Assembly: GCA_002104905.1 (NCBI GenBank)
Contig: MCFE01000037.1
Coordinates: 62,001-126,000, forward strand
From: Basidiobolus meristosporus CBS 931.73
Lineage: Eukaryota > Fungi > Basidiobolomycota
Reading direction: 5' to 3'
Length of the DNA: 64,000 nt
Below the pieces are notes generated by a model. That model was not told the origin of the DNA. It was given only the letters and a program-made list of their open reading frames with translations, and did no database searches. The stretch's first letter is position 1; each line of letters begins with the position of its first letter. A program made the translations under genes and the position numbers. Below are positions 1-12,864 of this stretch, in pieces.

Positions 1-676
1 GAAGAGCACTGGTGGCTGCTGATTAGAACCGCTACCACTGCAGAGCCATCTTACCACGAACCTTTGATTTTGTCCTCAGCCACAGCGGTGTTGTTGATTA
101 TCGTATCATAACCAACATCCTGGCACATGCTTGATGGATTATTCAAGGGCCCGCAATAACTACCGCTGCCTTGGATTTCAACATCAGTTAACCAATTGAC
201 CTCGTCAACCAGAGTTACCAGAGCCTACCAAGGGTTACCAGGGCTCCGCCCAATAATAGAGTGCACCATCTTGAAGCCATTGGTTCGTATTGCTCAAACT
301 GCTCTTCAATGCGGACAGGTGGATGGCAAACAATCTGATATATACTGGATCCATTGACATCCCCTAAATTCCCCGAGATGAGGAGTGGCATGTACCCAAT
401 CTAGTGGATCTCTATGGATCAAACGGCCACCAAACATATGTATGATAACGGCTGCTCACTGTTACACTCGTTGATGTCCGACACAAACCTGTAACATTTC
501 CTGTACCAGCTATCACGCCCAACTGTAACGGTCGAAATTTGCAATCGTATTTGGTATTTTATATGGTGTGAGGATCATCCAGAATGGGTGGGGATGGTGA
601 TCTATGCATTAAACCCCAAATGCCAACCAACTTGCTGGCGAGCATTGTTAAAGTTACAACAGTGTTTAGCAATTAT

Positions 677-3225
677 TTACAACTTGAGGGATTTCAAAAG
701 CTGGGTACAAACATCCTTGTACTCCCACGGATGTCCACTCAACCGGCTGAACCTTATCCCGTGAAGCCCAAGAAGCAACGCAACCTTTACAATTGTTATT
801 TGGAAGCACAAAACCCCCTCTTCACCTCGGACGACCTCAGCGATCGGTTCGTCGCCCTCATCCTCAGAGGTACTTTCATCCGAGAACGACCCCGACTCCC
901 TCCTCTCGTCGGAGCAGCGGTCTGGGCTTGGTGTGGCATCAGAATTGTCGGGAAACAGCGCAGACTTGTGGCCCCGCAGTCCAAGCCGGGAACTCCAGTT
1001 CCGCTGTGGCTCTGGTGAGAGTAGAGTTTTGTTGGGTTCGTGTTTGCGATTTAAACGCCTGTTAGGCTTGTAGATGCATTCAAAGTATCCTTTTCCTTCG
1101 CGCCATTCAATCCCCAGCGCGTCTAAGGATTTTACGATATTCAACCGTATGGCGGCTGGCTTTTTGGTAGTAGTGGTCGTCACAGAAAACAGTCCTTTGA
1201 GGAATACCGGCCTGATGTACGCATCAGCGGTGCAGCTCGGACTCTGCGGCGGTGTTTGTCTCTGGGACTCGGTGGGTGCACCGGTTAGCAGTATGGTTGG
1301 TAAAGGCTCTTGGTGTTGAGCTGGCTCGGGACATACTTCGGCATCGTCCTGGCGCTTGGACTGCGAGGTATGCATGGATTTACTGCGTGACACGGCATCG
1401 TTGGATGATTTTTCGCTTTTGGATTTCTGGCTACCATACCTTCCCATTGCGGGTCGGAGGGCTTGGCTGATGCGACGAAAGACTTTCCCGGAACTGGACT
1501 CTGGTTGGATGACGCCGGTTAGTGATTAGTGCTGAGGTGCTTGAGAATTCCATGGTGTTACCTGAGAAGGATTTTTTGATTTTTCGGATTGAATCCTTGC
1601 GCTTTTCGGCTGGGGGCGGCGTTAGGTGTTGGCTCTGGGGCACAACGACCGGAGCTTGCACTTTTTCGCGATCCATCTTCTCCTGCACCAGGTAATAAAT
1701 GGATAGAAGGGGGTGGCGGAAGTGATCGTGCTGTTCCTTATATGCTTCACTCTCCAAGACACCCTCCAGCTGAGCCCGAATACTCTCTTCACCACCAAAC
1801 TCGAATCCGGCCATCCGTTTGATCACATCACCATCCAATGGTGATGCAAGTGGCTTACGTTGAGGAACATGACTCTCGACAGGGCTTTCATAGTCAATAT
1901 TCATCCACGGGTGCTGAATGATCTCATCCATTGTTGCTCGCTCTGAGGGATCGGCCACCAGTATTCTAGATAAGAGACTCTTGCACTCTGTTATGTGGTC
2001 AGACAACGGGTAACACAAAACAGTCGATCGAAAGGGTGGACTTACCACAACTGAGCCAATCAGGGTACTCGACATGGGCCTTTTTGATTTTTGCATGAAG
2101 AGTCGGCATATTGGCGCCTTCAAAAGGAACTCTTCCACACACCAGAACATACAGAACAATCCCCATGCTCCATATGTCTATCTCCGGGCCCGTGTAAGCC
2201 CGCGAATGGAGTAGCTCCGGAGCAGCAAAGTACAAGGACCCGCAGAACGTCGACAGTTGAGAGCACGGCGAATACAGATTGGAGAGGCCGAAGTCGATGA
2301 TTTTTATGGAGCCGTCGGTATCGATCAAGATGTTTTCGATCTTGAGATCTGGTCGAAGAAAATCCTTGTTAGTCCATGATCAGTTGCTCAAGCCAACTAA
2401 AACGCACCTCTGTGCACGACCGAATTCTTATGGCAATAATCTGCATGAAAATTGTGATTAGCTCGGATGCTGGTGCTGATACCGATACCAATGCCGATGC
2501 CGATGCCGATGCCGGTTCTCTCTGATTGTACTTACCTAGCGCAGAGCAGATTTGTCTGGCGAACTCACGCGCCTTCTCCTCTTTCAGTTTCCCGTGGCTG
2601 ATGATGTAATCCAAGAGCTGGCCACCATTGATGTACTCGAGAAAAAGGTAGTAATGCGTTGGTTGGATCATGATGTCGGTCAGCTTCGCGATGTTAGGGT
2701 GATGCAACAGCGACATTATTGCGGCTTCACGAACGATTCGAACTTCCCTATTGTCATCCTTCTTTCGATTCCTGGAGTCGTCGTTCGCAGGCGGTGCACG
2801 TGATACAATCTTCACGGCAAACTGCCAAGGAAATCCCATTAGCCTATGAAAACGCGCAAAATCACAAACCACCACTTTACCTTGCTTCCAGAAGCATAGT
2901 GAACGCCCAGTTTCACTTTCCCCATTCCGCCAACCCCCAACGTCTTGGTCAGTCGGTAATTCCCTATGCACCTTTGACTGTACGAGCAATAACTTCTTTT
3001 CATAGCAGGGGTAGGGGTGTCACTGGGCTGTTTTCCAGCGGCTGGGTTATTAAGCGGCTGTTGGTGTGTAGATATATTGACAGGAGCGCCCACCATTTCA
3101 TAGGCGCTCTGCTCCTTACTAAAGGTTAGGTCACGGCATAATGAGTTGGGGGAAGTATAAAGCGGCTCAGTCGACTGCAGCAAAACGTCTACTTCAGGTA
3201 ATTGCAAAAACTTGAACTCGCCCAT
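677..3225 (-). CDS. KIN1: Kin1/Kin2 (MARK/Par-1 family) Ser/Thr kinase with C-terminal KA1 domain; 5 exons
   Basis: Motifs [39 protein letters not shown], and KA1-type C-terminus (FLKGLFSV...FQITIVKV...[19 protein letters not shown]). GT-AG introns at 2822-2880, 2441-2535, 1988-2045 and 1501-1561 join the ORF-track pieces in frame. First ATG at 3225 (the ORF-track start at 3255 is TTG). Confidence 0.92.
2475..2516. repeat. Imperfect hexamer microsatellite (GCCGAT)n, 7 units, inside Kin1 intron 2
   Basis: gctgat accgat accaat gccgat gccgat gccgat gccggt; it makes this intron 95 nt versus about 60 nt for the others. Confidence 0.85.
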
Positions 3226-3981
3226 TCTACCGTTAGTGTGTGTAAAAAGGGGCAAAAGGTACGATTATGTTAGATATTTACAAGCAGTGGGTTAGGTTAG
3301 GTAGACGATTAGGTCTGCAGCGGTATTTCAATGAAATCAAGCAGAAGTTGGAAGTATGAAAAAGTTGTGAAGCTGAACCATATAAATACTTGGTCATCGA
3401 CTCGCCTCAATCCTGGTTTTATCAGGTTGCTGATTGAGTAGCAGAGTAACATGAAATCGCCTAGGAATTAGCGAGTGGTTTCCTATTCAAGAAAGACATT
3501 TGTGTAAGGAATATGGATTGGCTCCTGAGATAAAGTTTGACTTCGGATGAAATTGTTTTCCTCCCTGATTGACCAAGTCACTGTTGCCTGATTATCTGTT
3601 GAAGTATTCAGTGCAGTCCTGATTGAGCATACAATAAATGCAGTGTAACTAGTGTTAGATACGAATGGGTTAGGTTGTCTCAAGTCTTCTCTGAAAAGAA
3701 GAACCGAAGGTAACCTATGACGCGATTGCGAAATGTGAGCGGTTGAGTGGAGCCTTGGACAACCAAGTTTATGCAGTGAAACTCTCCTTTGGATCTTAGT
3801 TAACACCGGTTTGATGATTTCTCTATTCGTAGTTTGTGCGCTCTCGTGGTTAAAGGATTTTCTCACTGAACCCAACCACCAACGGCAACCCTGATTAAAT
3901 TAAGCAATCTTTGGTTGATTGTGGATTGCAGCCAATGATTAATAGGTTTGCTGCTTGGTCGGAAACCAAACTACTTTCGCC

Positions 3982-4730
3982 ATGTCAACTACTCCGGAGT
4001 TGGAGACGCAGAAGAAGGAGCTGGAATACGTCCCCTATGAAAGCGAATTACAACTACCTTCGATGATCTCCCTCATCGAGAAAGATCTTTCCGAGCCTTA
4101 CTCCGTTTACACCTACAGATATTTTATTCACCAATGGCCAAATCTTTGTTTTCTGGTATGCGTGTTTCCCCAACTTAGTACATCTTCCCGGGTTCTTTGA
4201 AGAGAACCCCTTCTTACTATACGCCAACTTAAGCGCGCTATCCATTGACGCTGACTTATTTATTCTATGCTCGAACTAGACCATGGACGGAGATAAATGT
4301 GTGGGCGTTATCATATGTAAACTAGACGTGCACAAGAATATCTTACGCGGATACATCGCCATGTTAGCAGTGGCGAAGGAGTATCGAAAGCGCAAGATCG
4401 GTACTTCTGCCACTTGGAATCTTCTTCCGGTCAGCTTCTTATGTGTTCCCCCTTTAGGTACCACCTTGGTTCAGATGGCCATCAACGCGATGAAACAGCA
4501 GAACGCCGACGAGGTACACTAGCAACCCATGACTTAGCCCTCATTCCTTCGGTGCCCCGACTAACGAAACCGGTTGCCTTTAGATTGTCCTGGAAACGGA
4601 GTACACAAATAAAGGCGCACTGAGCCTATACCAGAATCTTGGTTTCGTACGGGACAAGCGCCTGTACCGATATTACTTGAACGGGGTGGATGCGTTTCGC
4701 CTGAAGCTGTGGTGCAAAAGTGTAGCATAG
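3982..4730 (+). CDS. NAA30: N-alpha-acetyltransferase 30 (NatC catalytic subunit, Mak3); 4 exons
   Basis: [71 protein letters not shown]. Introns 4156-4279, 4401-4457, 4514-4583; stop TAG 4728-4730. Confidence 0.95.
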
Positions 4731-4931
4731 CTATGCAATCTCGTATCGTCCCCCGGCCCCATATAAATACTGCCTGTCTTTCCATTGAATAAACAACGTA
4801 CGTGTTCCTAATCATATACCAGTAGGCTCAAGTCATTTATTAATTATTTTACTTGCTAGTCGTATCATACACTTTAGGATCACAGCGGGCATTGACAAAA
4901 AGAAGTTCGGAGGGGAGGGAGATTAGCCTGG

Positions 4932-6959
4932 CTACCAGATATTTACTCTTTCTGATTCGCTTCGGTACATCTTGTCACCTTGCTTGACACCGAAAGCGTC
5001 ATAAAATTCCTTGAAGTTGGACAAGGGTCCGTTCACTCTCCAGATCCCTGGCGCATGGGGATCGGTACGTAGACGATACAAGGCCTCTTCCTTGCGAACG
5101 ATGTTCTTCCAGACCTGGGCATACGCGGTGAAGAATTGCTGCTCGGGGGTGAGTCCATCGACGGTGCCAACCGCGCCAGGATTGTTCTTTTGCCATTCCT
5201 GGAAAGCAAGATAGGAGAGTTTCACTCCACCGATGTCGGCGATATTTTCCCCCTGGGTGAGATTCCCATTGACCTTGGAGCCGTACATGTCGTAGCTGCT
5301 GTACAGGTCGATCACCGTCTTCGCCCGCTTGTCGAACTCTTCCGCATCTTTCTTTGTCCACCAGTCTACGAGATTCCCTTGCACATTGTAGTTGCGGCCC
5401 TGGTCATCGTAGCCGTGGGTGATTTCGTGGCCAATGACTGCGCCGATGCCTCCGAAATTGTAAGCAGGCTTCCCCTTGGGGTTCTTCTCGTCGGGTGCGT
5501 AGAAGAATGGTGGCTGCAAGATGCCGGCAGGGAAGGCAATGTCGTTGAAGTCCGGAGCGTAATAGGCGTTCACCTCGTATGCGGTCATGAACCATTTGGA
5601 TTTGTCAGTCGGCGCGTTCGCAGCCTTGAGAACGTCCCTAAAGTTCGCCAGGGATGCACGGAGAACGTTCGAGATGAACGGACGGTAGCGGGATACCTTG
5701 ATATGGGAGTAATCCTCCCACTTGTCGGGGTAGCCAATCTTGACATTCAGTCCCTTCAACTTCTCCACCGCTTTCTTGCGGGTCTCGGGACTCATCCAGT
5801 CGATGGTTTCAAGTCGGGTCTCCAGTGCCTTCTGGATGAACTGAACCATTTCCAGGGCCTGTGCCTTCGCCTCAGGCTTGAACTTGTCCTTGACAAACAG
5901 TTGACTGACGGTATCGGGGATTTGAGATCCTATCTCTCGAAGGAGGAACTTCCAACGAGGGGTAGGCTGATCTTGTCCTCGAAGGGTACGGCCAAAGAAG
6001 TCAAAGTCTTGCGACTTGAATCTTTCGTCGAGGTAGGCTGCGCTTGAACCCAACACCTGCCACTCCAGGTACACTCGCCAATCTTCAGGGCGGAACTTCT
6101 GGAACAGCTTGTTGAAGAACTTGAAGAAGTTGGGATTGTCGATGATGACGTCTCCATCTCCGAAGCAGTGTCCCTTGTGCCAGCCCAACGATTGGCAGTA
6201 GGAATACCAAGGGAAGGATGGGGTGATGGAGCGAAGCTGCTTGAAGGAGAGCTTGTTGTAGACACGGTGGACATCGCGAAGCTCAACGGAGGAGAGGGAA
6301 TTCTCCGCCAGCGCAGTTTCGAAATCCAACACCGTCTTCGCCCTCGCTTTGCCGTTCTTCGCTCTAGCCAAAGTGAAGATCTTCTCGATATGGGTGAGGT
6401 ACTTCTGGCGGGTTTCGGCCTGCCCCGCCTCGATGTAGTAATCCTTGTTGGGGAGAGAAAGTCCGCTTTGTCCCATGTAGGATAAGCTCCAAGTGGAATT
6501 CTTGCTATCGGGTTGAGAGCCGAAAGCGAACAGTGGACTGCCTCCATGAACCGAGATAGATAGACTGTGGAGCTTACCGAGTACCTTGGCGACATCATCA
6601 GGGTTGCGAACTGTTCCAGCCTGGCGCAGTAAACCTCTGATAGGGGCTAGTCCAGCCTTTGCGATGAGGCGGGTATTCATACCTGAAGCGTAGAAGTCGC
6701 CCAATAGAGTGGAGGTGGAAGCGTTTCCAGCCTTCTCCAGAGTTGTCAGTAAGAACTCGGAGTTCTCCTGGTTAAGGACGGAGAAGGTGTTCCAAATGGA
6801 TTGGTCCTCAGGGATTTTGGTGGATTTTATCCAGTCGTAATTGGCATGGAAGTAGAAGTCCTCGGTTGCCGAAGGAGCCTGTGATGGGAGGTCCTGGGCG
6901 CAGATGGAGTTGCCAGTGATGGCCAGGGAAAGCGCAAGAAGACTAGCCACTTTTCTCAT
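4932..6959 (-). CDS. Secreted M13-family (neprilysin/PepO-like) zinc metalloendopeptidase, 675 aa, intronless
   Basis: VNAYY, FPAGILQPPFF, GHEITHGYDD (HExxH), GENIADIGG, DPHAPGIWRVNGPLSN. ATG at 6959 is followed by a signal-peptide-like MRKVASLLALSLAITGNSICAQ. Confidence 0.95.
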   Translation of the reverse strand: MRKVASLLALSLAITGNSICAQDLPSQAPSATEDFYFHANYDWIKSTKIPEDQSIWNTFSVLNQENSEFLLTTLEKAGNASTSTLLGDFYASGMNTRLIAKAGLAPIRGLLRQAGTVRNPDDVAKVLGKLHSLSISVHGGSPLFAFGSQPDSKNSTWSLSYMGQSGLSLPNKDYYIEAGQAETRQKYLTHIEKIFTLARAKNGKARAKTVLDFETALAENSLSSVELRDVHRVYNKLSFKQLRSITPSFPWYSYCQSLGWHKGHCFGDGDVIIDNPNFFKFFNKLFQKFRPEDWRVYLEWQVLGSSAAYLDERFKSQDFDFFGRTLRGQDQPTPRWKFLLREIGSQIPDTVSQLFVKDKFKPEAKAQALEMVQFIQKALETRLETIDWMSPETRKKAVEKLKGLNVKIGYPDKWEDYSHIKVSRYRPFISNVLRASLANFRDVLKAANAPTDKSKWFMTAYEVNAYYAPDFNDIAFPAGILQPPFFYAPDEKNPKGKPAYNFGGIGAVIGHEITHGYDDQGRNYNVQGNLVDWWTKKDAEEFDKRAKTVIDLYSSYDMYGSKVNGNLTQGENIADIGGVKLSYLAFQEWQKNNPGAVGTVDGLTPEQQFFTAYAQVWKNIVRKEEALYRLRTDPHAPGIWRVNGPLSNFKEFYDAFGVKQGDKMYRSESERVNIW

Positions 6960-7700
6960 GGTATAATGGATATTTTCTAGAGAGGATAAAGTTTTAAAAA
7001 GGGGCGGGCATAATTGATTATATAGGAATGGCAAGGATCATGTCTACCGCGCATATCATTACAGCGCCTGCCATAACTAGCCACAGGACGGAGTTGATTG
7101 GAAGGCTGGCGGCTGCAGGAGAAGTTACCCTACCAAGCGGTAACATACATCAATTAGCAAATGAAGGATATCGCGTGACCGTGATCATCACGTTGGGTTG
7201 AAATGGTGCAACACAGAGGAGCAGTCCAATTAAATCAGCAGTGTGGTCGACATGGATTGATATTCGTCATAAGATCATATGGGCCGTTACCCGGTCTCTT
7301 GATTCTGGCTACCCAAAGTTTCATGTTTGTTGACTGTTGTTCCTCACAAGTCTACCAAATGCGGTGACTGTTGTTACCCCACGGCTACCAGCATGGATTG
7401 ATTTGATGTCCGAATCGTACGTCCGGCGCACATTGAGTCGAGCATCATTACGTTTGCCATGACGAATCTTGTTTAAGATTGCGAAGTGTGCTAACTGCTA
7501 GCTTATCTTGATCCAACGGCTCCTATCGGCCAATGGACATCCCGGGTCAAAATGTATAGCCGCCAGAGGAGAGATTAGACAAAAAGGTAAGCAGATACTC
7601 TCGATTCAACCGAATGGCCCCACCGTAACCAAACCAATAGCGACCAGGATGGCTTCAATATAAATGTCCCACGGCAAGCTCGGGAAACGGTCTTCGGGCG

Positions 7701-9021
7701 ATGGATGTTGCGAGTCTTATTAAAGCCAGTGGTGAGGTAGGCGTTCGCATCCACGTTACCTAGGCATATGGGACTAATCCCCCTGTAGGCAATCCTTCAG
7801 ATCGCCGTCACCTGCGGGACTGGGATATATCTAGCGAAGAATGGAATCCTCTCTAGGGATCTACAAAAGGTTGGTTCAGACATTGTCTCGATAAGCGGGC
7901 CACTAAACCTCGACACACCCTAGTCCCTGTCGAACCTGAATCTCAATTTCCTGACTCCGTGCCTGCTTTTCACCACCGTGGCGTTCGCGGTTTCTCCCAG
8001 CGTGTTTCTGACTTTCTGGCCCATTCCGAGCTACAGTTTAATCTTCACCCTGATTTCGATGCTCGCGTCCACGATATGCGCGCGCCTCTTCCACTTCAGC
8101 AAAGCCCAGGCCAATTTCTCCAAGGCAGCAAGCATGTTCCCTAACACCAACAGCCTGCCCATCCCTCTGATCCAGAGCTTGGCAAACAGCACTGCCGCCA
8201 AGATGCTGCTGTGGGACGACAACGATACGCCGGAAAATGTACAGGCTAGAGGGATTTCATATATCGTGATCTTCGCCATATTAGGCAATTTCCTTCGTTT
8301 CAGCTATGGCTTCCAACTGTTGGACACCCCGATTACGCAGACCAACGACGATCATCTCCCTGAACATGACAAATCCATCGATTCCGATTACGCTAGCTCT
8401 ACCGGCGATGAAGGTGCTTCTGAGTATGCCGGTCTGCTTGGCCAGCCATCGACACACAGCACCCCCAACCTCTTTCAGGTGTTGGTGAGTAAAATCAAGC
8501 AGAGCTACAAGATTGTCCGCAAGGTGTTCAACCCGCCTCTTTACGCCACCTTCGCCGGGTTGTTTGTGGGGCTCATACCCAGGCTCAAGGGGCTGCTGTT
8601 TGGATCCAACCCGATATTCCGCCCGATCATGCGGGCCATTGATATCTGCGGTCAGGCGTCGATCCCGTTGATTCTTCTTTGCCTCGGCGCCCAGCTTTAC
8701 GCATTGTCGGGACGGAGCGGGTTCAAGAAAGTCATCTGGACAATCGTCGTTCAACGGCTGCTCGTCATGCCGATGGTGGCCATAGGGGTCGTACTGCTTA
8801 CGCATAAACTGATTTCCCTCGGAAGCGATCCGGTGTTTGTGTTGACCATGATGATCCTCGGCAGTGGCCCCACCGCTGTCAATCTCATGAACATCTGTCA
8901 GGCGCTGGGGAACTACGAGGACGAGATGGCTGAGCTTCTGCTGTATTCCTATTTAATCGCCGCACCCGCCCTTACCCTCTGGGTAGTTGTTTACTTATGG
9001 GTGATTGGGCAGACCTTTTGA
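7701..9021 (+). CDS. Auxin-efflux-carrier / PILS-like (Mem_trans) multi-pass transporter; 3 exons
   Basis: Exons 7701-7736, 7789-7869, 7924-9021 give MDVASLIKASGEAILQIAVTCGTGIYLA...SLSNLNLNFLTPCLLFTTV. Central acidic loop, then NPPLYA, ASIPLILLCLGAQL and GPTAVNL, typical of the family. Confidence 0.85.
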
Positions 9022-9791
9022 TGTATATTTGCTTGATAATCATAATGCATAGACCACAGCAAAATCGGCTCCTGTCCGAGCCGTCGTGCTGGTTGGAATA
9101 AAGATCGGATGTTTGGCTTGCCCTCAGGACTGCATCGACATGGGGATACCGCCCGTCGGACACACGACAACTTGTGCATAAAGAATTTATTCTTCACCAG
9201 CCATGCTTTCTCTCATCTCAGCGTGGTTGTTGTTACGAAGGTGAGATAAAAACAAACTTAATGGATACCTAACATTGGAGACCGGGGATTCGGTGAAATT
9301 GGGGCCGCCACGTCCGAGAGATATTGGATACCCCTTGGACAGGTCAACATCTGGGGCCACCATTAGATATGTATGGGACGAGAGAAAGGGGGAGGTGAAA
9401 AGAGATGGATATGGCAAAGAAAGGTCAACGGCGTCAACCAATTCCAAAAACACCGATGGTGTGAGACAGTGTAAAAGACGTGGATGAGAAGCAGAGTCAC
9501 TTAAAATTATTAAAAATGGGTGGAGGGGAGAGGGGGTGGCGAAGGGAAGGCAAGGGAAGAGAGGAAATGATGAAAAGAGAGAGGTATGAAATTAGGCACT
9601 GTAACTATCTCATGGCAACTCGGACATCTGGGTTCTCAGGAACCTCTATCTGTACACAAGATGAAGAAAAACAAAGACAAAGCATCAAAAATAATAGCGG
9701 AGTGCGTGAAATGGGGAAATCACTGGGTCGAGATCTAACGCTCGCCGAGTAAACTGAATGGAAGCAACAGTGGAGTCATCCCCCACCTCCT

Positions 9792-11551
9792 CTAGCTGCA
9801 ACTACGGCAAGCTAGGATATCCATCATATGTCCGAAAATTCCCTTCTTCTCTTCGGGGCTGTTGGGCGTTAGTTGAGCTGCATTTGGAGTCGATGCGGCA
9901 ACATTGCCGTTCGGAGGGTACGCCACCTTTTGCAGATTCGAATTGAGAGCAAGACTATTATCGGGTTGTGAAACGTTGGTTGATGCGTTGTTCAGTCGGT
10001 TTACTGAGGGACGGCCAGCTTCGCTGCTATAGCGTGGCGATTGACGAGGATGGCCACTATAGCGCTGGGAAGTGGTGGCACGCGTAGTCATACGGGTGGG
10101 GTCCAAGGGCTTGAGGTTCGATTCCTTCACATTCTACATGGGCGACAAGTCAATACCTCGCTGAGCTTCCAATGTCCATGGTTCCAGGTTTACATACCTC
10201 CATATGCTTGCTGCCATCAAGGTGCATCCAATCGTAGATCCCGTCATCCTTCTGTCCTAATTTCGACAAGACCTTGTCGAAAAGTCCTCGGAGGTAATTG
10301 TAGTTGGGGGTCTCTTCAAATCCGAGTTTGCGGACGTGTGTTAGGTAGGTGGCGAACTCCTCTAAAAAGAAGTATCGGTAAGTCTGTGCTCTTGGTGGGT
10401 GAATAAACGCGAAAACATGTATACACACCTGGAAACCCTTCACACAGCTCCTTAACTGGTGTGGTCTGCTTTTTCTCACCAATCCGCTCGTATTTCTGCT
10501 TGTTTGTAGCAGCTTTCAAACCCTGCCAAGGCAACGAACCACGCAAGAAATAGAAGAACACGTGGCCCAGGGACTCCAGGTCATCACGGCGCGATTGTTC
10601 TATAGGAGAGAAATGAAGTAAGTATAGGCATCGACGGGAACAGAATACAACGCCACATTCATACCTCGACCCAGATGAGTGTTAATACTCATATAACGAG
10701 CAGTACCGCTCAAACTTTTACGCTCTCTGTATGGTATGTGTTGCTTCGTTTTTGGGTCCCGGTATTGCTTCGCCATTCCAAAATCGACCAGGTAAACAGT
10801 GTTGCAATATTTGGTATTAAGACGCCCGGACAAGAAGTTGTCAGGCTTGATGTCCCGATATATTAGATGGTGGTCATGAACCGCCTCTACTCTAGTAAGC
10901 TAACGAGGATGGTGAATAGATGCCTCAGTGGCAAAAAGTGGGCAGTCTATCCAAAAGTCTGTACTAACCATTTGTTTAGCCAGCATGCATACTGTTTTGA
11001 CGCTAAACTTTCTACGGCACATCTCAAAGAGATCTTCTAAACTAGGGCCAAGTAAATCGATCACCAAAAAGTTATGCATCCCCTCCTGGCCAAAGTAGTA
11101 AGCACTGGGTACACCAGCTAGATAAGGAAAATACCGCGTTAGGAGACTAGCTTTACACCTGTTGCAAGCGACTAGATTTACTTACGAGTTCCAGCAAGAA
11201 TCTTGTATGTTCTATATTCATCACGAAGCTGAGGTGCATCACTCTTGCGTGGTTCCTGAAAAGTTTCGAGTCAAGGAAGGTTGGGGAGACAGAGAAAGTG
11301 GCAGTGTGGTACGAAGAGCACAAAAAAGATACAAATTTGATGGCTACAGCTTGGTTTTTGGTGAGGTGGACGCCTATTTTGAACCAAGTTAGAGGATCGA
11401 CCAGAGCAGTACCATACGCTTTTGAGGAGTACCAACCTTCGTAAATTACGCCGAAACTTCCCTCTCCGATCTTTTTCCCAATCTTATAGTGCTCACCAAC
11501 GATTGTCGGGCCAGAATGCGAAGAGTGGGAACTGCTCGAATTGTGGGCCAT
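9792..11551 (-). CDS. Casein kinase I (Yck1/2 / Cki-like); multi-exon
   Basis: [86 protein letters not shown]. The C-terminus ...DILACRSCS carries cysteines resembling the palmitoylated tails of the Yck type. Confidence 0.93.
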
Positions 11552-12864
11552 GGGTTAAATGCGGGTCAAAGGGAGTTCAAACAAACGGGGGAGGTATTTA
11601 AAAAAGTGGAGGAGAATAAACCCGTAAGTAAGCAAGCTCTATTTTGTAAGAAGCACGGATCGTTTAGATATACGCTGTACTTCCAAACTAGAACTGGTCA
11701 GATAAAAAAAGTCGGGAACTCTTCAGATAGAAAGGGGCGAACTGTCGAGTAAACCAGGTATTTAAGAAAACACTAGAGGCACCTCCGGGGGACAGCTTGA
11801 GGTGCGGGTAAGCGAAGAACGAAACAGTAATCCAAGCGATTAGTTCGAAAGGTTGGTGAGACCAAGGCACCAGAGAGTATCGAGAACAAAGATTAGAAAG
11901 GAATGAGAAGCGTAAAATAAGATATCCAATAATCTCTTAATAATCTAGATGGATGATAAAATTCAAGAGCATGGTGGATAAACATTACGAAAATGCATAC
12001 AATGATCACAATGAATGTATCAGAATCGATAGCTCCATCGGTGAATTTACCTCAATATTACCTAACCTTGAGGTTTGGCCCAAAGATCTACCGATGATAA
12101 CTAATCACCAACACTCAATCAACAGGAGCATTGTGGAGCTGAGGCAACAGGGAACAACAGAATGCGAAGAATTTGCCGTGCTTTCTGTAACAATGATAAT
12201 AATCTATGGTGGGTGAGGCCAAGCATGATGCAGTTCTCACCAAACCCATGCTGCCATTGTTGTGAAGCCCACAAGAGTAAATTATCCAAATCCGGGAACA
12301 TCCATGGTTTCGGCCAAGGGTGACCATTCTAAAAATAACGCACTTTCGTTTCGGCCGGAAATGGAAATGGTCGAGTATTGGAATGTATTACTCATGTTAC
12401 CCAAACCATTCGCGATGCAGAAATGAAACGTTCAGAAAATGCAGTCCACGCATTGTCAACATTTGCCCCATAGTGCTCGGATATTTGTTGCATATCACAT
12501 TTGGACAATTCTATTTGGCTGTTTCGCTATTTCACTGAAGATGGCTAGATTTTAGAAACATGCACGTACGTGGCTCGGGTGTGGAGTGAATAGACAAGAT
12601 TCCTTGAGAGTTCAGACAGAAATCAATTTGCTTAATCAATCAGTTCAAATGTGATCAATCATTTCGCTTAAATATAACCAGTCTTCTCTAATGGCGGTTA
12701 AACCCAGTCCAAAATGTGACCAATTGGATTGAAGTTGGTTCCTATAGGCCAATTTTAATTTACTCTTGCAATTCTCTAGTCCAAAGTGTAAACAAAGGGT
12801 TCCCTCCCGCGCTGGCTCCTGTTTTATGCCCAATTTGTAAACGAGAGAGTGGAGCCAACATTCG

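Noticed and set aside
1-600. Possible repeat-derived DNA with a short imperfect duplication near 213-250
   Set aside because: No termini, TSD or coding motif could be established.
1431-1561. Apparent frameshift between Kin1 ORFs 1431-2159 and 677-1447
   Set aside because: Explained by a canonical 61-nt intron (1501-1561) with a CACTAAC branch site.
2441-2535. ASASASA low-complexity peptide in the ORF track within the Kin1 kinase domain
   Set aside because: It is the intronic hexamer repeat; retention of the 95-nt intron would shift the frame.
5136-6598. Long antisense or alternate-frame ORFs (303 aa at 5136-6047, 222 aa at 5930-6598) overlapping the M13 gene
   Set aside because: Shadow ORFs expected from a GC3-rich coding sequence; no recognisable motifs.
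9518-9564. Purine/G-rich tract, possible G-quadruplex
   Set aside because: Irregular G-runs in an ordinary convergent 3' intergenic region; no supporting evidence.
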